Of a stretch of DNA of 64,000 bases, positions 39,900-54,250 are shown piece after piece. The stretch's first letter is position 1. Every line of letters begins with the position of its first letter. The stretch covers positions 49,647,691 through 49,711,690 of the forward strand of contig JBOZIK010000001.1 of NCBI GenBank assembly GCA_051453625.1, read 5' to 3'. Below the pieces are notes generated by a model that was given only the letters and a program-made list of their open reading frames with translations, was not told the origin of the DNA and did not search any database. Position numbers and translations under genes: made by a program. The DNA is from Welwitschia mirabilis. Taxonomy: Eukaryota.

Positions 39900-42380
39900 C
39901 GCCTAGTCTCTACTTTATGGGGGAGTTCTTAGCTTGGTTGGTTCTCCTCTCTTTTTCTTAGAAGCTGAAAGGACTTTTGATTGGGGATCTTAGGGCATAA
40001 ATTCTGGCTTTAGAGTTGCCCCAACTTACAGGATCGGCCTTGAGATTTGCTCAAGGGGAACTACATACATTTTAGAGAAATATTTATTCTCCAATTTTGA
40101 AAAAAAATCTATGAATGTGCGTCTCAGCATAGTCATGTTCTGAACAATTTGATTTTTAAAAGAACATAACTGCTGAAAATCCTAAGAGGACATTGAAAAA
40201 ACTTTTACATATGATTCATGCTCTTCCAATAACCTGCAAATTTTATTTGTGTATCATTTAAAAAATTTTTAAGTTCTCTTATGGGAAATTCCATTCCTTT
40301 CCAAATAATTTCAAGCTGTAATGATTTAATATCTCTTTTGTAATTATTAAAAATGCAACTTAGCTTTGATCATCCCCTAGACGTCTTTTGAATAATACTC
40401 TTCAAATTCTCTTTAAATCTATTAATAATGTTGTATAACTTTTTGGGGTAATAGTGAAGGCTATGTGGCATAGGAATTCTTCATGCTTAAATTCAATTCA
40501 CTTACCCAATTTCACTTTCATGAGATAAAGCTCATGGAGCAATCTCTTTTTTTTTTCCCTCAAAATTTTGAATAATGAGTTGGGTAGACTTAAGGCTTAT
40601 TCTTCTAATATCCTTTTTTAACTCTGCATGAAATTCTCTTAAAAAATTAATAATACTTGACTTTATTCTATATTTCATCTCACTAGATAGAGTTAAATAA
40701 GTTGAAGAATTTGTGATGAAAATTGTTTTATTAATGAATAATGTGAAGGTTAACTAGTAGAAAAGCTTTTCTCTTTCATTTGATTCTTAAGAGCCTTATT
40801 TTCTTTCATTATCTAATACATGCCTCTCTCATTAGCTCTGAGAAAAAAAAACTAATATCCCAAAGAATCCTAATCTTCAAGTCATTTATGTCTACATTCT
40901 TAGGCCTCTGTATGGATCGTCATGAATTTTTCATTTATCCTTGCAAGTACACATAGATTTTATCTAAATATTCCCTGTTCAGGTGTAGAGGCCCTTCACT
41001 ATGCATGAATGTAATGCATTTATACTACTATTCTATATATTCAGCATCATACTTTTTGCTTCAAGTTAAATTATGCAATAAGGATACTAACCTATTTGGC
41101 CTTTCCCTTAGAAAATTTTCTAATTCTCCCCTATCTTTAATAGTAGTCTATAGCTCAATAATGCGTTTGTAAGATCTCTGTAATTTCCTACTCAGACATT
41201 TGAAATATTTAGAGAGTTGAATATTTTCTTCTTTACTGGTGATCTTGTGACATAACTTTTCATTGATTTTTTTCCTTAATCTAACCTCTGTCTCAAGAAT
41301 TTATTCGTAATTTTTAAATTATCAATCTAATTTTATAATGCTAAAACTTCTTTTTTTTTTTTTTAATCTAGATAGGTTTGAATTTCATCTTTGACTAAGT
41401 TCAAATTACTATAGAGGCTCTTTAATTTGTCTTTCTCTAGTTCTCTAGAAAATTGGCCAAACTGAAATGGATGGGAAGGCAAGAGTTCTTTGAATGTTAA
41501 TTGGGTTAAGTGTTGTAGAATGCTTAAGGAGGGTAGTAGTAAAGGCAGACTTTAGGGGAAAGAAGAGGTTTCCCCTGGGTCTAACTAAGTAGTATTGTGT
41601 TCTAAAGTTCTGAGAAGACTTAATTCCCTAACTCCAAATAGACTCTGAATAGATACTTCAACATAAGACTTATTTAGTTAGAATGGAATTTTATTTTTAC
41701 TTAAAATTAGGGAAGAAGGAAATCCAAGCCCTACTCTATTCGAAGCTTTAATTCCAACTTTATTCAATTTTGTAATGTGCCTCACTAGCCCTAAAAAGAT
41801 CCCTTCTATAATATTCACATTGGTGTAATTTATCTTATCCTTTACTATTGCAGTCATACATAGATAAGATAATGTGACACCCTTTTGCTTATGAAGAATG
41901 AATACAAAATTACTAGCCATAATTTTAGAAATATAAAAGAATTCTGGCTCTGTGTCTTTTTGTACTAATATTCTTCTTTGGACTACCACTTATCTCAGTA
42001 GACTCATACTTAGATTCGTAGCTTCCTTTTTATTAGTGTCATCAATGGACTTACCACTGGGTGGAAAATGCAAAATTTATCTTATTTCTTATTGGGTAAT
42101 TGCTATCCTCTAATTCTTTAAGATGGTTTCTAGTATAGTTTTGGTACCATTGATTCTTAAATTTTTGTAAAATTCATATACAGATTCCAAAGAAAGACTG
42201 TCATTTAAAGTAAGCCATGCATACCACCCCAACTTGACAATTCTGTGTTTGAACTTTGTTAAGCAGGGATTTAAAAGAATTGAGCAAAATTTAATGACAA
42301 AATAACCCTATATCCTATAAAGAATTTTTTACTAGTATTGGAGTTGGATACGAAAAAACATGCATAACAGAGGAATTCTT
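39900..42380 (-). pseudogene. E5 accessory (Athila env-like / plant transposon protein-like) ORF remnant
   Basis: 'VKLGWYAWLTLNDSLSLESVYEFYKNLRING' (~42145-42238) and 'GLGFPSSL' in ORF 41678-41989; lies between INT and the 3' LTR, sense to the element; downstream extent uncertain. Confidence 0.6.
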
Positions 42381-43244
42381 GCAATAAAGAACCCTTAAAA
42401 ATAGCTTACTAAGTAAAACTTTGCTTTCTAAGAATATAAACTATTATTTAAATGTAAAAATATTGCCTATATGGAATTCATTCAACTCTCCCCCTAAGTA
42501 AAGTTTGATATATTCCTAAATGCTTAAAGCAAAGTGTTAGCAATACCTAAAATTTTTGCTTGAATAAATTTTGCCATTACTGAAAATCTTGAAAACAAGA
42601 AACTAGCTAAAAATAACAAGGTAAAATGTTGGGGTGAAATTAGAAATTACTGACCTATTTTCAACTTTAAATAGGTAAAAACTTGTACTTACTATTGTAT
42701 TCAATTCACATGTTTGAGTAGTAAATGAGAAATCTTATCGTAAAGAAACTAGATGCAACTAGAAATTTTTGTACTTGCTGATGTTGGAAAAATGTGAATG
42801 ACATGTTGAAAAGGTATAAATTTGAAAATTTTTTTGAGTTGGAGCTAATATCATGAACACTGACGTGGTTGAGATAAATTTAAACTGGCCTTGTAATAGG
42901 GTCATCAAGAATGAAGAGGGATCATTAAGAACAAATTTAAGTAGAATGATAAGGTAATGAAAAGGCATATGTAAGTGGTGATCACTCTCTACAATACTTC
43001 ATTCAATGAGAGTCATCGAGAGCTCTTTAGTTCTCAACAAGGACCATCAAATCCATTATGGAGGTGGTTGAAATGGTTCAAAGATAAGATTTCTCAATAG
43101 GGTTGTTCAGATTTGAACCACCATCATTATAAAAGTAAGTAATAATGAAAAAGCGAAGTCTTATGACAGAGTTATAGAGGCAAGTTGAGGAGGGTCATCA
43201 AGAATAAGATCTTCCTCTTTTAGAAGAAAGTTTAAAAGGTGAAG

Positions 43245-43640
43245 TTGGCTTGAAATCCAATCCAATCTTTAGCTTTGTCTAGTATTAGTCAACTTCTAGA
43301 ACTTTCTTGTTGATGGTCTAGCTTGAAATTCAATTTAAAGTTCTAACTTTATATCAATTTTAGTCAATTAAGTAATTCTTCTTTCTTTCTTATAAAGTAA
43401 AAAACTCATATGATTGGCTTGAAATCCAATTCGAATTTCAACTTTGAGTTGGCGTCAATCAATTATGAGATTTTATTTGATTGCAACTTTTAGAGCACAA
43501 GAAGATAAACAATTTGGCTTGAGTTCTGGCTTAAAGTTTTAACTTTAAGTTGGTGTTAGCCAAAATATTCAAGTTTTCTTTACAATGATTTGATTTGAAA
43601 TCTAACTCAAAGTTTGGGATTTGGGTTGATGTTGATCAAC
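43245..43640. repeat. Array of five ~50-bp degenerate palindromic units in E5
   Basis: Units TTGGCTTGAAAT...AGTCAA start at ~43245, 43317, 43414, 43514 and 43590. Confidence 0.8.
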
Positions 43641-45749
43641 CAAGTAATCTTTTTAATTTTAAGGTCCATTTTATGTTGGAACAAAAACATTGGTAACTTT
43701 TATTCCTTATTCTTTTATAAAATAAAATAAAAGAAAATATTTTCTAAGTCATTAAATATATCCTAAAAAGAATTTTCTTTTGATTAAAAGTGTTTGCAAG
43801 GTTTTTGATAATTACGTGGTATTGTAGTTTATTGTGTCAAAGTTCGATGAATTCCTGCAAGAGTATGCAATTTGAAAAATCTAAACTAGTCATAAATCAA
43901 TCTAAAGTTTGGATTTTAGATTGAATATTAGTCAGTTTTGGATCCCTCGATTGCAGATTTACTTTAATATTTATGCTAAAACTTGGTACATTTTAGCTAT
44001 TGGCAAAATCAGTATACCACTTTTACTTAATCCTTTACTTCAAGACTAAACATGTGTGTACTAGGTAACTTAATATAAATTACACTTGTGAAGTATGATA
44101 GTAAGACTTCTACTATGAATCTCATTCTTTACATGCTAATCATCCATGAATCTTTACTTGAGCTTAAGAATTTCTTTACTTAATCATTTTCCACTCTTTC
44201 TCATTTTTTCTTCATTAATCCTCATGGTTTTCACTACTCCTCTCCCATTTCTGCCTCTAGCATCAAGAAGGTAAAGCATTATTTATTTAACTTGGGTTCT
44301 ACACAGATAAATATGTGCATTCGTGGTGTATATTCCTAGTCATCTCAAGTCTCTATTAGGTCAAAAAATGTGGTACAATAATATTCTTACTGGGATTACA
44401 AATCCATTACTAAGTTCTTGGATACAATATATTCCTTCATCATTGAGGCCGATAGAGATCATTTTGGAAGTGGTGTCATTCCACTAAGTTTTGGTTCCAT
44501 GATCAATCACTTGGTGGGTAAGTATTTAAGGGTGAAAACCAAGGAACTATGTTAGCAACTCAATTATGGAGATTCAACTTATAACATTTCTATAGGCTAG
44601 CTAGCTATGCAAATGTAGGTGCTAAAGAAAAAGGTTGATCAACTTTTGTTCAAAACTTTTGATGAGCCCACCTAGAGGAGATTAATATGTTGTTGGAATC
44701 TCTAGATGAAATGCATCTATTGCCCTTAAGTGAGCATTCTATAGGGATGACATCTAAGAATAGGAGTTCTTATAAGAGGAACAACTTTTCTGGCTGTTAG
44801 TTACTTAAGTTCATGATTTACTTACTTAGTGGTTTGAGAAATGTTTTTGCTATCATTCTGTAACTTGACGTAATAAACTATTTTACTTAATAAAATTTTT
44901 TATTTTTATTTTAGTTTCTTACACTACTTTATCTTATTATGGGTACCTCAATTTCATTAAACGATATTTAAAACAAATAATATTATTAAGTTATTAAAAT
45001 AATGCAAAATGATTGTAAAACTTTGAAGCTTTCCCTTAGCTAAAATAGAATTTAATGGTTATTCATGCTATTGAATTGAAAATATTTGGATGCACATTCA
45101 ATTAAAAACTAGAATATTTTTCTTCTGATTTATTTTCTCTCTTAATATATATATTTTTATAAGTCAGATAAAGTTAGAGTTTTAGTAACTAGTTGTGTCT
45201 CAGATGACTCTTTGGATACAATCATTTCTCTACTTTTTATTTTTTACAACTTAAGTTAACCATAATGAAGAGAGTGCAACCACTATCAGAGGAGAAGAAC
45301 TCATAAAATATTATACTTTTTTTTACTTCATATATCTAGATTGTAGCCAACTGACCCCTCAGTGGAGTTTTCATAGCTACCATATTACACTGCCAAAGCT
45401 CCTTCTTAGGATTATTTACCCCAATGTACTTCCAATAGAACATTGTGGTACTTTCTGCCTCTCCCTCTCTCTTCTTTCTCTTTTTTACTTTTTTAATTAT
45501 TCAAAAGGTATTTTGTTCTATGATGAAATGTATTTCCTTAATCTTCTTAATAAAGATAATGCATAATTCCCTATTGAAGACTTACTAAGTTATCTTCTTG
45601 CTTCATAATCATAACATTTACTTTAAATAATCTAGTAAATTAGTAGACTGAATAAACTTTAAAGAAATAACATGTCTTTTATTATCTAATTTTGGAATTT
45701 ATTTTATAGGTAGAGTGAAAGTATTCTTTTAATCTTATTAGGGTTTCCT

Positions 45750-48700
45750 AAATAATTTGGCATTGATTTATGATTATAGTACATTCTTGCTCTTTGCCTG
45801 TTAACTTAGTAGGTTAATTTTTCATTAGGATCATATATTTCTATAGCTCCATTTTTGAGAATTTTTGTCATGGTATAGGATCCTAGTTAGCTTTGTTCAT
45901 ATTTTTATTTCAAGTTAATTTTCTTAGGGTCATAAATTAATACAAAATCCCCTACATTAAAATTTATTTTTCTGATTTTATTATCATGATATATTTTAGT
46001 TTTCTATTAAATAAGTTATTTACATAAAAGAGATCCTTTCTATTTTCATCTAAATTGTTCATGTTTTATATCCATTTGTTTTGAGCTATATCTAAGTTAC
46101 ATTTTAATTTCTTAACTAATCTAAATGTTTTTATCCTAAATTTAATTATAAAAATAGCCCTTTTTTATAGACTAATTCATGTGTAGTAAATCCTGTGATA
46201 TGTTTCTAAGTTATTCTATAAGCCTGTAGAGCTTCATTTAATTTATCAGCCTAATCAGTTTTCTTACTAGTTATAACTTTTGTTAATATTCTATTTAGTT
46301 CTTTATTAGTTACTTCAGCTTGACTATTTGAGGGTAATAGGTAGTAGAGAGTTTGTTATGAATCCCCACCTTAGTAAAAATCTTCTCAAAGACTTCACTA
46401 GTAAATGGATCCCTCTATCGAATATAAGATTACAGGGGCCTCTAAATGGATAGATAATATTTCTAAGGAAAACTTTAACTATAGTTTGGAAAGAATAATT
46501 AGTCATAGCCTCAGCCTTAGCCCATTTAGTGAAGTAATCAACACAAACCAAAATATATCTTTTTTCAAAGGAGGAAGGGTTAATAGGTCTAATAAAATAT
46601 ATTCCACATACATCAAAAGGTTCAATTATCTAAATCCATGATTATGACATTTCTAACTTTTGACTAAATATGCCTTCTCTTTAACATTTATCGCAACCTT
46701 GGATATAAATGTTTGAATCTTTGAATATAGTGGGCCAATAATATCCCATATGAAAAATTTTCATTTCTATTATTTTTACACCATAATATCCTTCTCCTTC
46801 TTCTTCATGAGCTTTCTTTAAGATTTCATTTTACAGGTTTTCTTCTATACATCTTCTAATAATATGATATTTACATTCTTTAAATAACATTTTATCATGT
46901 CAAATATAATCTTTAAATTATCTTAGTAATCTTTTTCTTTCATAGTAAGTCATAAAAGATGGTAATCTTTTACTCATAATAAAGTTGGCTATATCAGCAT
47001 ACAATGGATTTGTTGTTACCTGAAAAAGATGTTCATTTGGAAACTCATCTATTGTGTTGATCTATTCTTCATCCAAAAACTCTAACCTTTAGAGGTAATC
47101 TCCTATCACATTCTTTGTTCCTTTCATGTCTATAATTTTTAAATCAAACTCTTACATTAATAATATCCATCTTATAACTCTCGAATTTGCTTCTTTCTTC
47201 TTAATCAGAAATCTAATGAAACTATAGTCCGTATGAAATTTTAATTTATAACTTAGAATATAATGTCTCAATTTTTGTAATGCCATTACCTCTATCAGTA
47301 ACTCTTTTTCTGTTATTGTGCAATTTGGTTAAGCTGGTTTAAAGTTCTTGCTAATATAATCAATGGCATAAATTTTGTTGTCTTTATATTTTTATCCTAA
47401 AATTACTCTCATAGCATGACTATATGCCTCAATCATAATGTGAAATGGTCTTATCTAATTTAACCCTTATAAAATAAGTGTTAATAAAAGTTTAGCTTTT
47501 AAGTTTTGATAAGCATTTTGACATTCATCAGTCCAATCATATTCCACATCCTTTTGTAAGAGGTTACTCAAAAGATTAGCAACTTTACTAAAGTTGGATA
47601 TGAATATTCTATAACATCCAACATGTCTTAATAAAGATCTCAATTCTTTTAATTTGGTTGGAGATGAGATATCTTTTATAGCTTTAATGTTTTGTTCATC
47701 AGTTTTAACCCCTTTTTAAGAAATCTTGTATCTTAGCATTATGCCTTCTGTCATAATAAGATAACTTTTTGAACAATTAAGTCTAAGACATTATTCTTCT
47801 CATCTCTCTAAAACTTTTTATATTCTATCGAGTAACTCTTCAAAATGATTTTCAAATGTTGAGAAATCATCCATAAATACTTTGACTGATATCCCTATCA
47901 TATCTTGTAGAATGCTATTTACTAACCTTTTAAAAGTAGTGGAAGAATTACATAATTTAAATGGTAGTACTTTATAGGCATAAGTACCTCAATTACAAGT
48001 GAAACTTGTTTTAGCTTTATCTTCTAAACCTATAAGGACCTAGTTACAGTCACAGTATCCATTTAGAAAGCTATAGTATTGATGTTCAGATACTTCTTCT
48101 AAAATTTGGTCTATAAATTGAAGTGAAAGATTATCTTTATAAGTTATAGTATTTAACATTCTAAAGTCTATACAAACTCTCTATTTATTTCCTTTCTTTG
48201 ATATAATCATCACAAGACTAATCCATTATGAATTAGATATAAGATAGATGAATCCTACATCCACGACTTTATAAATCTGTTGTTTAATTATCTCTTGCAT
48301 GTATCGGTTACATCTTCTTTTTGGTTGTTGGCTTAGTTTAATAGAAGTATATAAATATATTTTATGTTGACATATTTTTGGATCTATTCCTTTAATGTCT
48401 GTTTGATCCCAAGTAAAAAGCTCCTTTTCTTTTAATCAATATCCTCTTAAGATTTATTTTCTAAGAATGAGTTAAACAATTGTTTATGATTACAGATCTA
48501 GTAGGAGATAATTTAATATACTATAATATTCTTTAAGTTAAGACTTTTCTATCTCTTAAGTTGTTAAATCTTCCTCCTCATATTTCTCTTCATTTTATTT
48601 ATTTAACATCAAATTAAATTTTTCTGTTAGAATTACACTAGTTCATGCTTCTTTGTTTTATACCATTTCTTCAACAATCACTATCTCAGAAAGTTTAATC

Positions 48701-50800
48701 TATTTTTTAAGATATCCTAGACTGATTTCCATTAACCCTTATCTAGAATAAATAGTAGTATCTATAGTGGTCATTCAAGGCCTCCCTAAAATCACTTCAT
48801 GGGTATGTTACTTAAGTCTTCATCATTAATGAATCTATTAAGTAAATGAAAGCTTGAAGTTCAATGGGGACATCCTTTAAAACTTCTTCAGGTGTCATAG
48901 TTAAGCTATCTACCAAGTACACTTTTCCTCGGTAAGGTATTAGCCTTGGTTTTTCAAATTCTTCATAAGTTTTATAGGTCATAATATTAATACTTGCTCT
49001 AAGATCCACTATTACTTCTACTCTGAGTTTCCATTAATTATTGCATCTATCATAGGTGTTCTAGGATCACTATACTTTTTGGTTTGTTTATTTTAAGGAA
49101 CTTATGTGAAAGCCCAAGAAACTTGACCACTGCTTCAATTTTTTTTCTTTTTGCTTTTGTTTTTGCTCTTTTGTTTTGAACACATGCTCTTCATTTATTT
49201 TCAATACATAGACATGTACTTTAATAAATTTAGAAGAGGTAATGATATTTTTGTATCTTCTAATATTCTTGTTAAATATTCTCATTAGAAAAAGTAAATA
49301 ATCTATTCAGGCATCAACCACTATTCTTTTTAGTCTCTTTTTCTTGTTTATCTAGGAATTTTCTTGAATTTGTATTCTTTGTTTGTGATTCATACATCAC
49401 TTTCTACTTTCTACATCTAGTAGTTACTCCCTTACTTGTTGCTTCTCTAAGATTTGGTTGAGGTGGAGCAGGAATTTTTCCTTTTTTTTTATTTGTAATT
49501 TTTCTCTTTGATCTTTTGGATCTCTATTTTTCCAATTTCTATAGTAGTCATATTGTTCTTACCTTTTTGAATTTACATACCTTTGCAAAAGTCTTTCTAT
49601 TTTACCTTCCCATTTTCTACTTTGATAAGGATAGAGTTTCTTTTTAGCTTGAGGTTGATTTCTAGAATTTTAAATATAATCTATTTATATTCAGCCATTG
49701 AACAAATTCTTGCATCCAAGGATATTCTATTCCATCATGATTGTCTTTCTTATAGTATTCACATGCAAGTACTTCTTCCTTCTTAAAGTGTTGTACAGCT
49801 AATCGATCAAAATTTTCTACCATACTATTAGTTATTTTTTTTATCTACTTCTTCTATAAAACTGATATATTTAAAACTATACATACTACCATCCACTTCT
49901 AGGGTACATACTTTGTTTACTTTTTCCTACTTTTAATTTTTTTATCCCCTTTCTTAATTCATATTGTATAATTAAGTAATTAATTCTCCCACTTCTTAGA
50001 CATTCTTTATCTTGATGCTTTCTCTGCATAATAAGTTTAATTCTTTTAATGTATAACTCTGCAGTTCTCTAAGTAAGATTCTAACTTATTCCCTAGCTAT
50101 GATTTCATGATTATGATATTTAGGTAATAATATATCATACTTGTTCATGAACTCATTAAATCTTTCATTATCTCTTTGTTTAATGTTAAGATTTATTCTC
50201 TTAGATCTTCAACCATCCTCATGGGTTGAAATTTGGCTAGGAAAGCATTTTTAAGAGTTTTCTATGAACTAAAAACATGGTTAGAATTCCTGTAATACTA
50301 TAGTTGAGCATCTCCTTTTAAGAAAAAAGGAAAATATCTCAAGATAGTTGGCTCTACTAAAGGCGTCAAAAAAGCTTAGATATAATAGGGTTTCTTGTAA
50401 CTTGTTATCTTCAGAAGTGGGTATCATATTATCATTTATATTTAGTAATTTGTCTAATTGTTGTAAAACTATATATTAATAGGATTTAAATATTCTAATC
50501 AATAAATATCATGATTTAATTGTCTTAAATCTCCATCATCTTCCTAATAGCATCTTGTTACAACTTTCTTTTCAGGTCCTTTTCCTTAAATTATTTGAGA
50601 AGATTCTCCTTGTGAGTGAGCTAGTGTAAGAATATTATGTAATTGTTGCTCAAATTTAATCATAAATTTAGTTAAGATTTTCTCTTTTACCACCTTTTAA
50701 AGGATGACTTCATTCTCTATAAAACAACCTTGTTCCATCTCTATTTTAACATGATTTCTAGTTTGCTTATCTAGATCATATTTATGCAAGTCTCTAACAT
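45750..50800 (-). pseudogene. E5 gag-pol remnant
   Basis: PR 'DLRASINIM' (~49000); RT 'VKVFMDDFS' (~47861-47886); RH 'FHTDY' (~47230); INT 'VCVDYFTKWAKA' (ORF 46324-46551). Confidence 0.92.
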
Positions 50801-50887
50801 ACTTGCCTCTTTCATTCTGCCATTTTTCTTAGCTATCTTATTCGATCATATTTTTTGTCATCTTTGCTAGTTGACTTTACAGTGGCG

Positions 50888-50902
50888 CTCCTTCTAGTGC
50901 CA
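50888..50902 (-). other. E5 primer-binding site, tRNA-Asn type
   Basis: Plus strand CTCCTTCTAGTGCCA matches the plant tRNA-Asn 3' end (CTCCTTCTAGCG+CCA, recalled from memory) with one C>T; 3 nt from the LTR. Confidence 0.72.
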
Positions 50903-50905
50903 AAA

Positions 50906-51850
50906 TGATGGATGCTTAGATGATGAAATACGTGTAGAAAATATTACTAAATAATATTAAACAATATAAAATAATACTAGAAAAATGCAAAAACTATGTT
51001 GCTGTTAACTTAAAAATAAGCTCACCTCATTAAATAGAGATAAATAAAGGCTTACTAAAGAACTAGTTGAGATTCAACCATTTAGTTGAAAATGCATCAT
51101 CACAATAGTCTCATGATGAAGTTACTTGAACTAGTCAAGTTAGTTTATTACTACTAAATTACTATGTACATATATTACATCAAGGGGGAATGGTGAAAGT
51201 AGTAAAGCATAATATAATTTAAATAAGATGCTAGATAATACTTATTTCTAAGTACTGTTAATTATTCTAATTTATGTTCAGCTGCATAAACAAGAGTAAA
51301 CAAAGATGATATTACCTTTTCAAGTAATAAAATATGCATACAATGATACTCAAATATGCTTTTCAGCCTTACATTAAAATAATAATTTTACATAAATATG
51401 TGATAAGGCTTATGTTTTTCTTTATAGGTAATATTATGAAGTATGCAAAATGCTGCTACACCCTTTGTAGGATAGCTTGAGCTCCCTTTCTTAACCTTCT
51501 TTCCGTATCTATTTCTAGAATGGTTTGCCAAAAAGATCCCCACCTTTAGTGGTGATCTCGTTCTTATACCCTTGTTTATTTTTTTATTTCCATTTTTTGC
51601 TCCTTAGAAATAGGTATATGATTAGGGTTTGTTATTGCTTCTTCGCCACCTCAACCTTCTCTCCCATCTTTATGTCACATGGCATCTTGTACTTGAAATG
51701 CAATAATAAAATATGAATACTAACTAACTAACGTATTGATTAGTGAATATACCGATAAAGAAAAACATCTATTATTATTTAAAATGCATGATTAAGATAA
51801 TGAAAACACTTCATTAATAAGCATAATTTAGATAAAATTTATTCTCATTA
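50906..51850 (-). repeat. E5 5' LTR
   Basis: Colinear with 38683-39628. Confidence 0.92.
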
Positions 51851-54250
51851 ATGCACAATATGAATTTATTGTTAAATCTTACTTAAATTCAAATAAAATT
51901 GGTACATATAATGAATGCATTTATTTTGAATATTTTAATTATTCTTTTTATGAAATAAAAACTACTAGCTTCTTTAATAATATGTTTACTATTAACAGTG
52001 TTATTAATAATGATTTAAAACCACCATCTTATTGAAATTACATTGTCCTAGGTAGTAATGAAACTAAATTCATTATCATTAGTGCACATCTTGCTCTTGT
52101 TTAATAATAAGGAATCACCAACTTATTAATCAAGAACTCTAAAGCCTTTGTTTAATATTATCATGATCTAGTTGGAGTTCATTCTTCCATTTAGTCTTAT
52201 CATATCTATTTAGAACCCAATATAAAATTTATTGATCAACCTTAGGGGAGGTTAAATCAAAATCTTAGGAATATTGTTAAAAAGAAAATCATGAAACTTT
52301 GGGAAGCTGACATCATTTACCCCATTGCAAATAGTGAATGGGTGAGTTCTTTAGAAGTTGTCCTAAAGAAAAATGGTAAATGACAAAACTATGTAGATTT
52401 TCATGGCCATAATACTTATATTAAGAAAGATCACTTGTCCATTTAGAAGTTTTGCCTATTGTTAAATGCCTTTTGGTTTATGTAAAGCTCTTATAACTTT
52501 TCAAAGGTGTCTAACATGTCTTTTTAGAAGTTTTTATAAATTATTATTATCTTTAAGAATATTCATATAATTAAATAATTTGTTATTAAAAATTAATACT
52601 AAATCATTGTATTGTTCGTAATCTTAAACTTAGTTGGAGAAAAGTTATTTCCTCATTATTAGAGGCATTATTCTAAGTCATGTTATTTCTAAGAAAGGAA
52701 TAGAAATAGATCTTATAAATATTAGTATCATTTTTTCTCTAACTATCCTTACTTGTATAAAACATATAAGATATTACTCGAGATATGTCCCTTTTTATCT
52801 TCATTTCATTTCATCTTTTAGTTCTCTTAATAAACCTTTAATTAAATTGATTCTCAAACATACATCTTTCTATTGGACACTATATTGTGAACTTGAATTT
52901 TAAAAACTTAAATAATTTTTATCATCTTTACCTGTTAAGCTCTTAATTAATATTTTCTTTTGAGGTTATGACTAATGCAACTAATTTTGTACTAAGTGTA
53001 GTCTTTGTTCAAATCATTAATCATAAACCTTATGTTATTGTCTATGCTAGTAAAACTTTCCATAATGTGTAACTTAATTATTCAACTACTGAAAAAACAT
53101 ATTAGCTTTGATTTTTACTTTTGAAAAGTTTACCTTAAGATAAGAATACATTTTAGGTAAGCCCTTAACTAAACATTATCTTCTGTGTTGGCTTTATTAA
53201 TGTAAGAATTTGATACACCATTAATAGTGGAGTAGGAAAGAAAAATCATGTCACTAATAATTTATCTTGTCTTTCCCTACTTGTTAATTAAAGTAAGGTT
53301 AAACGAATTTTTCTAAATGAAAATTTATTTGCTATGAATGTTTTATCTTTGTATGCTGATATTGCAAATTTTAAATCCCATAGTAAATTTCCTAGATGCA
53401 TGTCTTATTATAAGGAAAAAAAATAAATTTTTATCTTAATGACATAGATACTTATGAGAATAACTACTATTGTTTAAATATTGTACTGACTAATTTTTTT
53501 GAATGTGTGTGCCTAAGAATAAAATGATTAGTATCTTAGAATTTATCACAATGGTGTTTGTGGTGGTTATTTAATGAAAAGAAAAAGATGTCTAAAGTCT
53601 TAAATGATGGCTTATTTTTTGGTCTAATTACCAATAAGTATATATTTCTTACCATTCCTAAACCAATGGTTAAGTAACAAACTATGAGCTTACTTGAATT
53701 ATTCAAAAATAAGAGCAAATAGAAAATTTTAATCTTTAAAATTGGTTGATGCATTATGGGCTTATCATATAACTTACAAACATCCATTGGCATGACCTCA
53801 TACAAACTTATTTTTAGTAAATAATGCTTCCTACATATTGAGATAGAACAATAAAATTTTAATTCTATTCATAGACTTCATCTTGATGTTGAAAAAATGT
53901 ATAGAAAATACCATGAATCAATTAAATAAACTAGGTAAAATTAGATTAAATTCTTATGATAATTAATTTCTTACCAAAAAACTGAATAAAATATTATTAT
54001 GATTGGACATTCCTAAGGAAAACTTTTAAGTAGGTGATAAAATTTTACTTTTTAATTTACATTTTGATTTATTTATTGGAAAATTAAAATCTAAATGCCA
54101 AGGACACTTTGATATTATTCATATATTTCTTTTGGAATAGTTAATATTTAACAATTAAAGACTAGTCAAATTCAAAGATTAAATGAATCTAAACTTATAT
54201 TATTTATTGATCAAAATTTAAATGAAGTTGAGATTTATTTTAATTCATAT
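51851..54250 (+). pseudogene. E6 RT-RNase H-integrase remnant with internal deletions
   Basis: 'DIIYPIANSEWVSSLEVVLKKNGK*QNYVDF' (~52310); 'YASKTFHNV*LNYSTTEK' (~53045); 'TSIGMTSYKLIFSK' (~53780). Confidence 0.88.

Larger units (their letters stand above)
38683..51850 (-). mobile_element. E5: full-length decayed Ty3/gypsy element (~13.2 kb) with an extra 3' ORF
   Basis: LTR pair 38683-39628 and 50906-51850; flanks ATACA/ATGCA (4/5 TSD); PBS; gag-PR-RT-RH-INT remnants on the minus strand. Confidence 0.93.
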
